Origin: a virus | Taxonomy: Duplodnaviria; Caudoviricetes | DNA: 45,140 nt | Reading direction: 5' to 3' (one strand) | IMG/VR virus record: IMGVR_UViG_3300043432_000417 | Location: 1 to 45,140 of that record | Part shown: one piece after another, positions 26,594-36,308 of the stretch | How the letters are laid out: every line of letters starts with the position of its first letter | Position numbering within the stretch: the stretch's first letter is position 1 | The notes under the pieces: generated by a model | What the model was told of the DNA's origin: nothing | The model's input: only the letters and a program-made list of their open reading frames with translations | Databases searched by the model: none | Translations under genes and position numbers: made by a program

Positions 26594-28084
26594 TCAGCCT
26601 CCCGCCAGCGAGCGCACATAGCGCGCGTTCACCGAGAATTTCTTGATGTACTTGAGCCCGATGAGCGACACGGTGCCCGTGAGGGTCGCGCCGGTATTGG
26701 AAGAGAGATCGTCGACGCGCGAGAGCTCGAAGACGATCGCCGAGACGTCGCGCGGGCGAAGGATCGTCGCCTGCAAGTCGTCGTTGATGAGCTCTTCGAT
26801 GTGCGCCGCTTCGCTCTCGAGAATCGTGAGCGGGTTGGTGGTCGGATCGGCCTGGACGCCATCCGAGAGAAGCCCTTCGAGCAAGAAGAACGCTCGAGCA
26901 CACGCCTTGTTCATCACGCGGATGTGCTGGATGTAGACGTAGTCGCTTCCCGTCGACGAGATCGCGAGCGGGTTATTGATGAAGGCGCCGTCGCGATCTT
27001 CGAAGGATCGCATCGACACGAGCCGAAGGTCGTCGAGCCCCGGCGTCATGCGCTCATCGTGGTATTTCGGATTTCCGCGAACATCTTCGAGCTTGAAGCC
27101 GTCGATCGGGCCGTCCTTCACGCGCGCGGCGTCGACGCTCACCGGTTGGCTCATGAGCCGACGGCAGAGTGCAACGCTCGTCGGGGTCGGCATGCGCACC
27201 CCGCGAAGCGGCGACACGAGCGCGCCACCGTCCGAGCCGACGCCTCCGCGAATCGATGCCATGTTTTGCGCCGCGGTTTGCATCGCGTTCCGATAGGCGC
27301 CTTCGCTCTCGCTCGGGCCCTTCAAGCGCGTGTTGGTGACGAAGAACTTGAATTTGCCTTCGGCTTCCCGCGCTTCGAGCCACAGATCGAGGTTTCCGAC
27401 GATGGTGTCGTCGGCATCGACGCCGTCGATGAGCACGCCTTCCCAAGGGAGCTTCGCGACGCGAAGCGCTTCGAGCGCGTTGGTGAGATCGGCCGAATTC
27501 ATCTTCGGGCCATGAATCGAGAAGGTGATTTCGTCGCCGGCGTCGAGCGTGCCGGCACCGAGATCGATCTTCGCGCCCGTCGAGACGCCCCGCGGGTCGA
27601 AGATCTCGATGGTGGTCGCGACCCCGAGCCGCTTCACGCCGGCGTAGTTCGGCGTGGACGATTCGACCGCACCGTGCGCCGCCGCATCGATCGCCACCTG
27701 GTACTGGATGCCATCGACGCCGCGCGTGCCGCCCTTCGTGATGATGATCGAGCAATCGAAGTCGCCTTGCGGCTCGGCGGCGTTGGCCGTCGGCACCGAC
27801 GTCGACGAACCGACGCGCTTGATCTCGACGGCGCCGTACGTGCCGGCGATCGACGTCGTCGGCCGCACGAGCACGACCGGTTTTCCGATGCCGAGCTGAT
27901 ACGCGGCGTCTTCGGCGAGCTTTCCGATGTTGTACGCCGCGAAGGCGAGATCGGGTCGCGCGAAGCTTTCCGCGTAGCTCGGGCCCTGCAACGCCGGCGC
28001 GATGATCGCAAGGATGCCTTCGGGTCCCGGCGGCACGCTGCCTGTTTGGCCATCTTGCTTCTTAATCTCAACGCTGGGGATCAT
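26594..28084 (-). CDS. Tail sheath protein (DUF2586-like)
   Basis: MIPSVEIKKQDG; LDDLRLVSMR.F....G.FI......GSDY..I...RVMNKA. Confidence 0.8.
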   Translation of the reverse strand: MIPSVEIKKQDGQTGSVPPGPEGILAIIAPALQGPSYAESFARPDLAFAAYNIGKLAEDAAYQLGIGKPVVLVRPTTSIAGTYGAVEIKRVGSSTSVPTANAAEPQGDFDCSIIITKGGTRGVDGIQYQVAIDAAAHGAVESSTPNYAGVKRLGVATTIEIFDPRGVSTGAKIDLGAGTLDAGDEITFSIHGPKMNSADLTNALEALRVAKLPWEGVLIDGVDADDTIVGNLDLWLEAREAEGKFKFFVTNTRLKGPSESEGAYRNAMQTAAQNMASIRGGVGSDGGALVSPLRGVRMPTPTSVALCRRLMSQPVSVDAARVKDGPIDGFKLEDVRGNPKYHDERMTPGLDDLRLVSMRSFEDRDGAFINNPLAISSTGSDYVYIQHIRVMNKACARAFFLLEGLLSDGVQADPTTNPLTILESEAAHIEELINDDLQATILRPRDVSAIVFELSRVDDLSSNTGATLTGTVSLIGLKYIKKFSVNARYVRSLAGG

Positions 28085-28102
28085 AGTTTTCCCTTTCCTT
28101 CG

Positions 28103-28714
28103 TCATGAAATCGTGCCCGGCACGATCGCCGGCTTGGGTGTTCTGAACGGGTGGTCGATGTCGAAGTAGACGCTTCGGATCGCGAGCTCGCTGATTCGCA
28201 TCAAGCCGAATCCGCGCTCGGCGTCGGTCTTCCAACGGAAGTTTTTCCACTCGCCGCCGACATGCGCGACGCGTTGCACCGCTTGCACGGTGCGCTCGAA
28301 AAGATTCTCTTCGGCGTCGACGACCGCGCGATCGTCGTTCGTTGCGACCTTGCCGGCGTTGTCCGGCGCTGGGATGGCCCACGTCGAGACCCAGATCGAG
28401 CGACCTTCGCCGATGATGGGTCGTGGCTCGACGCCGATGACCTTCTTTCCCTTCGAGTGATCGCTCGAGTCGACCCAATCCCAGATCGGGAGCCCGCCGG
28501 GCCCGCGGGGTCCGAAGCGCTTGTCATACGTGCCGCCACCGCCGCGCTCGGGATCGATGAGCGAGAGCACGACGCGATTCGCTCGACCCGGGCCCTGGTT
28601 CATTTGGCGCCAAAACTCGCGTTGAATCGTGACGAGCACTTCGGCCGTCACGCCTTCGGCGGCGAAGAAGGCTTCGATGCCGTCGCGCACGGCGAGAATC
28701 GAGGGAGTCGTCAT
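28103..28714 (-). CDS. Tail completion/terminator-like protein
   Basis: Between neck genes and sheath; ATGA-coupled. Confidence 0.55.
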   Translation of the reverse strand: MTTPSILAVRDGIEAFFAAEGVTAEVLVTIQREFWRQMNQGPGRANRVVLSLIDPERGGGGTYDKRFGPRGPGGLPIWDWVDSSDHSKGKKVIGVEPRPIIGEGRSIWVSTWAIPAPDNAGKVATNDDRAVVDAEENLFERTVQAVQRVAHVGGEWKNFRWKTDAERGFGLMRISELAIRSVYFDIDHPFRTPKPAIVPGTIS

Positions 28715-29100
28715 GCTCCCCCCATCAAGCGCCGCCATGCGCGCGATGCGCCTTCGTCGAGCGCTTCGGCGATGTAGGGCGGGAGCTCGCCGGCGTCGGG
28801 CAAGATGCGACGTTGCGGGGCGCCGCCGGGCACGCCGTGATGGTGGTAGACCTCTTTGCCTTCGAGGGTCGTGACGATCGTTTCGCCGACCGCCTTCGTT
28901 GAGACCGCATCGGCCGCGTGCTCGAGCGGCTTGCCGCCGTCCTTCTTCGGCTTCCACGGTGTGCCGCTCGGATCGAGACCCGACGCGACTTGCTTCTTGA
29001 TGGCCTTCTCGACGAGCGGCGCCGCTTCTTTGGCGACTTCCCGCGGCAAGAGCCGAAGCGAGCGAATTCGATCGATGAAGGAATCGAGCGCTTGCGTCAT
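28711..29100 (-). CDS. Virion morphogenesis (Mu gpG/P2 gpS-like) neck protein
   Basis: GLDPSGTPWKP...L...YHHHG....PQRRILP. Confidence 0.7.
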   Translation of the reverse strand: MTQALDSFIDRIRSLRLLPREVAKEAAPLVEKAIKKQVASGLDPSGTPWKPKKDGGKPLEHAADAVSTKAVGETIVTTLEGKEVYHHHGVPGGAPQRRILPDAGELPPYIAEALDEGASRAWRRLMGGA

Positions 29101-29624
29101 CGAAGCCGCCCGCTTCCCCGCGCATCGTCGTCTCGACCGTCTTGCCCTTGGCGATCGAAACCCGCATACGGCGATTGCTCGCTGTACATCTTCGGCATGA
29201 CCTTCGCGACCGCGGCGACGTCGGGCTCGAGCGCGCGACGCGGGAGCTCGATGAAACCCTTCTCGGCGTCGGCCGCTTCGTTGAGCCAGGTAAACGCGCG
29301 ATCGCGCTCGCCCATGATGACGTCTTCGTCTTGCTTGCTCCCCGGATTGAAGCCGCGCTTCGCGAACATCCGAGAGACGCACACTTGCGCGACGTTGAAG
29401 CGAACCGCTTCGGGAACGTCGGTCACGTGAAAGACGCCGGCGTCATCGAGACCGAAGGGCGTCACGTATCTTTTGGTGAGCTTCGCGTCGAAGATGCGCG
29501 TCACCGCGAGATACGTGCCGTCCAGAAATGCGGGCTCTTGCGCACGCAAGAAGTCGACGTCGGCGGCAGGCATGAGACCTACCGCCTTCACATACGTGTC
29601 GTCGACGTAAGCGTGCTGTGTCAT
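29097..29624 (-). CDS. Head-tail connector (Mu gp36-like)
   Basis: DAKLTKRYVTPF...VPEAV...A..WL..AA; position after the capsid gene. Confidence 0.65.
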   Translation of the reverse strand: MTQHAYVDDTYVKAVGLMPAADVDFLRAQEPAFLDGTYLAVTRIFDAKLTKRYVTPFGLDDAGVFHVTDVPEAVRFNVAQVCVSRMFAKRGFNPGSKQDEDVIMGERDRAFTWLNEAADAEKGFIELPRRALEPDVAAVAKVMPKMYSEQSPYAGFDRQGQDGRDDDARGSGRLR

Positions 29625-30073
29625 GTGGCGCCTTTTGCGCGCATCCAGTCTGAAATCAGCTTGAGATCTTCGGCGGTCGCATCCGCCTTGATACGATTGG
29701 CTCGCCACGAAATGATGGCGACGTTGCCTTTCACGTATCCGCGAGTCGCGTCGATTCTATCGATCGACGGCGAAGCGTCCGTGCGACGTTCACCTCGCTT
29801 TTCCAAAAGGATGCCCAATACAGGACAACGTTCCGGAATCGTGATGTCACCGATCTCGATGGTGAATGCGATACCTTCGCGGCGAGCGCGCCCGCGCGTC
29901 TCACGAAAGATTTTGGCGCTAAGCGGTTCGTTTCTGGCCCATTCTTTCGAGCGCGCGAGATGAAGCGCACGATTCTCGAGATACCATCGCCGCGATCGCT
30001 CCACGGATTTCTGTCGATCGCGCTCGAGCCGAGCACGTCGGGAAGATCCGTGGAGCAAATCGACGGCGAGCAC
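29621..30073 (-). CDS. HNH-family (His-Me finger) endonuclease inserted in the head module
   Basis: RARREGIAFTI...IPERCPVLGI...SPSIDRIDATRGYVKGNVAIISWRANRIK. Confidence 0.8.
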   Translation of the reverse strand: MLAVDLLHGSSRRARLERDRQKSVERSRRWYLENRALHLARSKEWARNEPLSAKIFRETRGRARREGIAFTIEIGDITIPERCPVLGILLEKRGERRTDASPSIDRIDATRGYVKGNVAIISWRANRIKADATAEDLKLISDWMRAKGAT

Positions 30074-31170
30074 TACGCCGCCTTCACCTTGAAGAGTGCG
30101 TAAGGGTGACCGTAGCCGGCAATATTGCGGCCACGAACCTGGTATTGCAATTTCTGCTCGCGAGCGAGTACCGCATCGACCCCCGTTCCACCGCCATAGC
30201 CGGTGTAGTAGTTGATCGAAAAAGGCTCGCGGTCGATGTAGACCATCGCGCCGAGCTGCGTCGACTGCACTTGCTCGGTGATGACGTACCAAGACGTCGC
30301 ATCGGCCGCCGTCGCCGTCGCAAATTCTTGCGCGACGATCGGTTCACCGAAGCCCCAATTCTTGATGATGCTCTCGATGTCGGCGGTGCCGCCTCCACCG
30401 CCCGACGATGCGTCGGCGATGAACCGCGCATTCGTCAGAAGCTGCAAGCGATTCGTGAGTGCCGGCGGTCCGAAGAGACCGCGGACCTTCAAGAAACGCG
30501 GCGTGACGCCGTTCGGCATCTTGATCGACGCGATGTACGCGATGACCTTTTGCACGTTGGCGACGGCGACATCGAGCGTGACGCTTTCGTCGATCTTGAG
30601 CGCCCCGGGGTACGCGGGCTTTCCACCGCCCGCCGCTGACGACGAACCGGTGAAGAGATTCGCGTAGTAGCCCGAAGCCGTTCGGAACGGGTTGACCGGG
30701 TGCGGCGCCGAGTTGTCGGCGAAGTACGGAAGCCCGTCGTACGCAAGACCGCTCTCGCCCGCGAGAATGAGCTCGGCGATCTTGGACTGGGGCCAATAGG
30801 CCATTTGCTGACCCATTTGCGACGACCACTCGCCGGCGATGTCGAAGCCGTCGCCGTCGTTGTCCTTGAGCTGATTGAAGTCGAGCTCGAGCCCTTCGCC
30901 GGCGTTCTGCACGACGTACTCTTTGAACTGAGCCGCCATCGTCTCGAAGTGCTTGTTGCCGCCTTGCCCTTCGGAACGAATCCGCGCCGTCGAGAGAAGC
31001 CACGAAAGGATTTCCTTTCGCTTGCCCGTCTGTCGGACCTTGGTGAGCTTTTGCCACCAAAGGTTGTCCGAGAGCGTCATTCTTGCGAATTCGTTCTCGG
31101 TGATGCGTTGCATGCTCGACTCGAAGTCGAACAAGAACTCGGGAGTCAGAACCAAACCATTTGCACTCAT
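30073..31170 (-). CDS. Major capsid protein (Mu gpT-like)
   Basis: E..SWL....RIR.......Y.V.N....LE......DD...LAYDGLPYF...HPV...V.GRN.AGYG; follows protease and decoration genes. Confidence 0.85.
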   Translation of the reverse strand: MSANGLVLTPEFLFDFESSMQRITENEFARMTLSDNLWWQKLTKVRQTGKRKEILSWLLSTARIRSEGQGGNKHFETMAAQFKEYVVQNAGEGLELDFNQLKDNDGDGFDIAGEWSSQMGQQMAYWPQSKIAELILAGESGLAYDGLPYFADNSAPHPVNPFRTASGYYANLFTGSSSAAGGGKPAYPGALKIDESVTLDVAVANVQKVIAYIASIKMPNGVTPRFLKVRGLFGPPALTNRLQLLTNARFIADASSGGGGGTADIESIIKNWGFGEPIVAQEFATATAADATSWYVITEQVQSTQLGAMVYIDREPFSINYYTGYGGGTGVDAVLAREQKLQYQVRGRNIAGYGHPYALFKVKAA

Positions 31171-31192
31171 GACGAATTATCCTTTCTGACTC

Positions 31193-31633
31193 TCAGGTGT
31201 TCTCGAGGAAGGGCCGGCCGACGGCGTACGCAACGCCGAGCACGTCGTCGACGGCGAGGATGGTGCCCGCGAGAATTCGCGTGCTTGCCTGGTTTTCGCT
31301 GACGGTGTGATCGTCGACGACGTAACAGGGGTTAAAGATGTCGCTGGCGTCGATGCTTCCGTCGTTGTCACGCCACAGCACCTTGAGCTCCTGCAGAAAG
31401 TCGACGTTGAGATCGGTGTCGGCGTTGGTGCCGCTCGAGCTCGCGTCGACGGTCTCGAGCGCGAGACCGAGAAGAACGCACGTCGTCGAGCTCGCGCCCT
31501 TGAGCACTTTGCCCACGGACGGATCGCCCATCACGAAGCCGCCCTTGAAGACCTTCTCGCCTTGCTTGAGCGTGAGCACGTGGTCGCGCCACGTCTCGAA
31601 GTCGACCATCATCTCTTTCGTGAGAGCGCTCAT
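31193..31633 (-). CDS. Head decoration/capsid cement protein
   Basis: KVFKGG.V....G...LLGLALETVD...CYVVDDHTV......AG.I..VD. Confidence 0.7.
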   Translation of the reverse strand: MSALTKEMMVDFETWRDHVLTLKQGEKVFKGGFVMGDPSVGKVLKGASSTTCVLLGLALETVDASSSGTNADTDLNVDFLQELKVLWRDNDGSIDASDIFNPCYVVDDHTVSENQASTRILAGTILAVDDVLGVAYAVGRPFLENT

Positions 31634-33138
31634 TTGCCACCTCCCGCCGTCGATGCGGCGACTTGTTCGAGCCGCTCACGCTCGGCGAGCATTGCCTTCG
31701 CCGTGGCGCGGTCGACTTGGGGAAAGACTCGTTCGGTCGGCTTCGAGGGATTCCAATGCACCTCGGCCTTTTGCGTGGGGAAGCCCATGCGCTCGGCGAT
31801 GTCGGCCGCTTGCGCCGATCGTCCGGCGTTCATCCCGCCGACTTGCGTCGCGCCGCGCGTCGGGCGAATCGAATGCACCGCATTCGGATCGCTCTTGGCG
31901 GGCTTGCCGTCGGTGATGGCCGAAAGGAGCTTGTCGAAGCTCTTCGCCGACTTCTCTTCGCGAAGAAGCTTCATTTGCCCCGGCGTGAGCGAGCCCGGCT
32001 TCGTGAGCGGGGCACCGTGCGCGGCGACGAGCGCTTTCTCGCGTCGCTGGTCCTCCTTGTCTTGCTCGAGCGCAGCGATGCGGCGCTCGGCATCTCCGAG
32101 CGCGACGGCTGCTTTCGCCTTCGCGTCGTCGTCGTCGCCTTCCGCTTTCTTCTCGGTCGGCTTCTTGTCGTCTTTCTTCTCGGGCGGATCGGCCGCCGCG
32201 GTCGCGGCTTCGTCCTTCTTGTCGGGGTCGGCCGCGTCGTCTTTCTTCTCGGGATCGTCCGCTTTCGCGTCGTCCTCTTCGAGCGCCGCGAGCGCCTTCT
32301 TGGCCTCTTCGTCGCCGTCCTCCGCTGCCTTCTTCATGTCGTCTTTCCAGCCCATTTCGCTACCCTCCGCGGCACTAGGCCGGGTTTCGCCGCTCGAGAT
32401 CATCCCGAGAAGCTGTTCTTTGCTCATCACGCGGTCAGCAAGGCCGGCCGCCACTGCATCGTTTCCGTGAAACACCTTCGCTTCGAGACCTCGCACCGCA
32501 TCGGCGCTCGAGCCGCGCGCGTCGGCGACCCACGCGAAGAAACCTTCGGCGAGCGAGTCAACGCGCTTTTGCGATTCGATGAGCGCGCCTTCGGTGAGCG
32601 GCGTGCACGGATGGCCGTCGGCTTTGTGCTCGCCCGATGCGATGACGGCGACGTTGAGCCCGAAGGCTTTGTCGGCGGCGACATGATCCATGAGCACTTC
32701 GATGACGCCAATCGATCCAACGAAAGACGTCTCGGGGCATGCGATGAACTCGGCCGCGCATGCGAGCGAGTAGGCCGCGGATGCACAAATACCGTCGGCG
32801 ATCGCGTAGAGCGGTTTGCCCGATGCTTCGGCCATGGCGCGGAGCTCGCGCGAAGTCTCGAAGACGCCCGAGACATCGCCGCCGGGTGAGTCGATCTCGA
32901 GCACGACTGACTTCGCCGCACTATCGAAGGCCGCGCGCACACGTTCCTTGATCGCGTCGTAGCTATCGCAAAACCACTCGGCATGATGCGTGAGCGGTCC
33001 GCAAATCGATACGACCGCGGTCTCGCCGACCATCTTGAAGGGCTCGGGTTTGACGTCGTCGAAGAGAAACTCGAGACCCCAGGCCGAGCGGCGGATTGCG
33101 AGAAGCCCTTGCTTCAAGAAACGAGCATGCCGTTTCAA
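31630..33138 (-). CDS. S49 (SppA-like) head maturation protease with C-terminal scaffold region
   Basis: VLEIDSPGG; CASAAYSLA; GSIGV; acidic/Lys-rich PEKKDD repeats in the C-terminus; TTGA-coupled start. Confidence 0.85.
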   Translation of the reverse strand: MKRHARFLKQGLLAIRRSAWGLEFLFDDVKPEPFKMVGETAVVSICGPLTHHAEWFCDSYDAIKERVRAAFDSAAKSVVLEIDSPGGDVSGVFETSRELRAMAEASGKPLYAIADGICASAAYSLACAAEFIACPETSFVGSIGVIEVLMDHVAADKAFGLNVAVIASGEHKADGHPCTPLTEGALIESQKRVDSLAEGFFAWVADARGSSADAVRGLEAKVFHGNDAVAAGLADRVMSKEQLLGMISSGETRPSAAEGSEMGWKDDMKKAAEDGDEEAKKALAALEEDDAKADDPEKKDDAADPDKKDEAATAAADPPEKKDDKKPTEKKAEGDDDDAKAKAAVALGDAERRIAALEQDKEDQRREKALVAAHGAPLTKPGSLTPGQMKLLREEKSAKSFDKLLSAITDGKPAKSDPNAVHSIRPTRGATQVGGMNAGRSAQAADIAERMGFPTQKAEVHWNPSKPTERVFPQVDRATAKAMLAERERLEQVAASTAGGGK

Positions 33139-34532
33139 TTGAGCACCCCTGCCCCTTCCGATTCCCCTTCGTCGAGCTCGTCTTCGTCGTCGTCGATGAT
33201 GTCGGCTTCCGAGGGCTCGGCATTTGGCACGTCGGTCGTCGTGTCGGGCACGCCGTCGCCGTCGACATCTCCCTTGATGGGAATCCCGTAGCGGGTCGTG
33301 AGCTCGGCGACGTCGAGCTCGCGCCCCGTCTCCTTGAGCTCTTCGCGAAGAAGCTTCATCGCTTGCGCGACGGTGTTCATCGCCTGGCCTTCCGCTTGAG
33401 CGTCGCGCGCCGGCGTGATGTCGTACTCGATGCACGCGCCTTCATCGATGACGTCTTCGCCATAAATGCCCGCGACGTAGTACGGAAGCACTTGCGTGTT
33501 GAGCGTGTACGAGAGCGAGCCGCCGACTTCTTTCTTGCGATTGTCGTGGATGGCGCGGAAGACATCCGAATTTTGAAAGCCGACGCCGCCCTCGACAGTG
33601 ACGATCTGCCCGATGATGGTGATGGCGATCTCTTTGTCGCTCGTGTCGATGTCGGCTTGGAAAACTTCATAGCCGCGACCGTTCGACTCGAGAAGCGATG
33701 CCTTCCAACCCGGCGGAAGCTCGAAGACCGTGTTGATGCCCCACGCCATGAGCGCCGCGATGAAGCCATCGCGCGCCGTTTCGGTCGAGCCCGCCGGCGA
33801 TTCGGCGACGCGCGCGGGGTTGGCGAGCTTCGCACCGAAATTCGAGCGATGAAGAAGCGCGTGCTCCTTGTTGATGAACGAACGACCGAGCGCCGGCCAT
33901 TTCGCATTGAGCCAGGGCGCGATCGTTCCACCCGGAAGATGAAGCACCCATCGACCATCCCCCGGCGTGATCGGGAGCGGGCCCGCGACGCTCGAGTAGT
34001 ACCAACGATTTTCGATCCATCGGTACCGAAGAAACTCGGGCTCGAGCCGCACGAGACGCGGGAAGGATCGACCGGGCACCGGCACGAGCTCGCCGACGGC
34101 GAAGCCGAGCGCATCCCCGTCGGCCGCCATGAGCGCCGCTTCCGCCGGCGGCACGAGATCGTCGAATGTCGAGCGCGTTCCGTTTCGCGCGCGAAGCTCT
34201 TCGACGCCGTAGCGACCATAGAATTTCTTCGGAAGGCCGACAATGCCGCCGGTGAGTGTCGAGTAGAGACCTTGGATGCTTCCGTCTCGGCGCATCGCGC
34301 GCCAAAGCCGGCACACCATCGTCATGTCCCCTTGATCGGCGTTGTGCGCCGCGGTCTCGAGATCGGACAGGTACCAACGAATTTGCGTCGTCGGCATCGG
34401 CGCGAGATTGCCGCCGAGCATCGAACGAATCCGTTCGACGGTCGACGCATCGAGCTCGGGCCCGTAGCCCTTGCGCGGTTGGTATGCCGTTACACCGAGG
34501 AGAGCGGCAACGCGCTCACGGATCCCCATCAC
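33135..34532 (-). CDS. Portal protein (Mu gp29/DUF935-like)
   Basis: MRRDGSI.G...LGFAVGEL...FG.K...P...DKEIAI.IIGQ.VT.EG; follows TerL. Confidence 0.8.
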   Translation of the reverse strand: MMGIRERVAALLGVTAYQPRKGYGPELDASTVERIRSMLGGNLAPMPTTQIRWYLSDLETAAHNADQGDMTMVCRLWRAMRRDGSIQGLYSTLTGGIVGLPKKFYGRYGVEELRARNGTRSTFDDLVPPAEAALMAADGDALGFAVGELVPVPGRSFPRLVRLEPEFLRYRWIENRWYYSSVAGPLPITPGDGRWVLHLPGGTIAPWLNAKWPALGRSFINKEHALLHRSNFGAKLANPARVAESPAGSTETARDGFIAALMAWGINTVFELPPGWKASLLESNGRGYEVFQADIDTSDKEIAITIIGQIVTVEGGVGFQNSDVFRAIHDNRKKEVGGSLSYTLNTQVLPYYVAGIYGEDVIDEGACIEYDITPARDAQAEGQAMNTVAQAMKLLREELKETGRELDVAELTTRYGIPIKGDVDGDGVPDTTTDVPNAEPSEADIIDDDEDELDEGESEGAGVLN

Positions 34533-34576
34533 CCGAAGAGCTACGACCCTTGCGCTCTACATGCAGTTGCCAAATG

Positions 34577-34590
34577 GGTTGCATGCAACC
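34577..34590. promoter_or_regulatory. Perfect 14-bp palindrome GGTTGCATGCAACC upstream of the portal gene
   Basis: Lies in one of the few intergenic gaps of the late region. Confidence 0.45.
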
Positions 34591-34604
34591 GAGCGATGAA
34601 ACTC

Positions 34605-36308
34605 TTAGCGCTGTTTTGGCCTGAATGCGTCGAGCCCGCCGTACGCATCAAGCGCTGGTTTTCTCGGTGCCGGCGCACTTCGCGCGGCTTGCTTTTGTTG
34701 CTCGCGAATTCGCTCGACAAAATCGACCTTTTCCCACACCGAAAGACACACCGCATCGGCTCGATCGGGGCTTCGGTCGAGCGATCTACGCATGTCGGTC
34801 TTCGGCGTGGCGCGAAGCCGTTCGTTGACGGTGCCGATCCATTCCGGGCACTTGAGCTCTTCGGAAAGGTTCGGATCGTCGGGCACGCCGCCCGTCTTCA
34901 AGAACTCGGCGACGTTGGCCCACACTTCATCCCGCACGCGCTCGTACACCATCGGCGAGCGATGCGCCCGCTCGCCGCCGCGCACGCCGATGAGCGTGAA
35001 GGTTCCTTTTTGGTGGACGTGCGAGAGAAAGACGCCGTAGACCTTCGCGCCTTCGGGCCCGTCGCGGTCGATGACGACGCTCGGCTTGCCATACTCCGTC
35101 GGCTGCGATTTCCGTTGCTCGTCGATGATGCCGAGCACTTCGGCAAGGTGTCCTTCGGCCGTGAGACCGATGCGACCGCGAAGCCCGAGCACTTTCTTGC
35201 CGCGTCGCCACGCGAAGCCGCTCAAGTCGCCTTGACCGCCGGGCCCCGCGGGATCGACACCGATGTGCAAGGGCCCTTCGCCGGCGAGCTCGTGCCAACG
35301 GCCTTGCGCCTCGGTGAGAAGCGCGATCGAAATGATTTTGCCTTCGGCGTTGATGGCGTGCTTTCCGAGCACGCGAATCCAGTAGAGCGCCGAGTCGATG
35401 CCCCACTCTTCGCGCTTCTCATTGATCCAGTCGCGACCGGCGAGCCCGGGAATGATGTTGCGACCGCTCACCGCATTCGGCGTTTCTTCGCTCGAGATGG
35501 TGATGCACTTGTAGAAGCCGCGCACCGTTCCGTCTTCGAGCTGAATCTTCTTTTTTTCGTGAAACGCTCGGCAATGCTCGCCATCGACGCGCGTCGGGTT
35601 TCCGAAGAGCACCATGCGCGTGCCTTCTGCCGCGCGATTGCCCTCGAAGGCTTCAAAGATTTCGTCTTCAATGCCGCTCGCTTCGTCGAGCAAATAGAGA
35701 ACGTTCGCGCCCGAGACGCCGGCGATCGCTTCCGACTCTTCGGCGGTGAAACCGACGATCTCGCGGAAGTCTTCGCTCTTGAGCCCGGTGCGGGCGAGGT
35801 TGAAGAGCTTTCCCGGGATCGGCTTTCGCGCTCGTCGAAAGAGCTTCTTCACTTCCCGCCACAAGATGCCGTCGACTTGGCGCGCGGTCTTCGACGAGAG
35901 AACGACGCGCGCTTCGTCGAAACAGCAATAGAACCAAAGAGCCAAGATCGCCGCGGTCGTCGACTTCGAGACCTTGTGCCCGGATGCGACCGCGACGCGA
36001 AGATTGTCGCGTACCGCTTCGATCACTTCGATCTGACGCCACCACAAGATGAGCCGCTTCTCGCGATGCCACGCGAAGAGCTCTTCGTCGGTCGGCTCGT
36101 AATCCTTCGGGAGGATGACGGCGCCGAGCACATCGACGGCAAAGCCGACGGGGTCGGCGCTGTAGCCATCGAACGACCATGACGCGCCCTCGATGTCGAG
36201 AAGCGCGTCGCGCGTTGCTTGAAGAAGTGATTCGGTGAGGCTTTTGGGTGTCTTGCGGTAGCCGCGTTGACGACGATCGACTTCATCGGCCGTCGTCGAC
36301 GTGCTCAT
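34605..36308 (-). CDS. terL: Terminase large subunit
   Basis: RVAVASGHKVSKST (variant Walker A); LYLLDEASG; LFGNPT; RVLG.H; IGVDPAG.G..D; RSPDRADA. Confidence 0.9.
   Translation of the reverse strand: MSTSTTADEVDRRQRGYRKTPKSLTESLLQATRDALLDIEGASWSFDGYSADPVGFAVDVLGAVILPKDYEPTDEELFAWHREKRLILWWRQIEVIEAVRDNLRVAVASGHKVSKSTTAAILALWFYCCFDEARVVLSSKTARQVDGILWREVKKLFRRARKPIPGKLFNLARTGLKSEDFREIVGFTAEESEAIAGVSGANVLYLLDEASGIEDEIFEAFEGNRAAEGTRMVLFGNPTRVDGEHCRAFHEKKKIQLEDGTVRGFYKCITISSEETPNAVSGRNIIPGLAGRDWINEKREEWGIDSALYWIRVLGKHAINAEGKIISIALLTEAQGRWHELAGEGPLHIGVDPAGPGGQGDLSGFAWRRGKKVLGLRGRIGLTAEGHLAEVLGIIDEQRKSQPTEYGKPSVVIDRDGPEGAKVYGVFLSHVHQKGTFTLIGVRGGERAHRSPMVYERVRDEVWANVAEFLKTGGVPDDPNLSEELKCPEWIGTVNERLRATPKTDMRRSLDRSPDRADAVCLSVWEKVDFVERIREQQKQAARSAPAPRKPALDAYGGLDAFRPKQR

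Noticed and set aside
19171-28084. Tailocin/eCIS rather than phage
   Set aside because: Capsid, portal, terminase and replication genes are all present
29421-29433. TCACGTGAAA as a parS site
   Set aside because: Only a partial match to the 16-bp parS palindrome and lies within coding sequence
32120-32340. Short direct repeats (TCGTCTTTCTTCTCGGG x2)
   Set aside because: They encode PEKKDD low-complexity scaffold sequence in the S49 protein; not a separate DNA element
33096-36182. 1028-aa plus-strand ORF (likewise 565-2253, 14462-16189, 26801-28108, 36865-38232)
   Set aside because: Antisense shadows of terL/portal and other real genes. They stay open because TTA/CTA/TCA codons are rare in the true frame, and they show no recognisable motifs.
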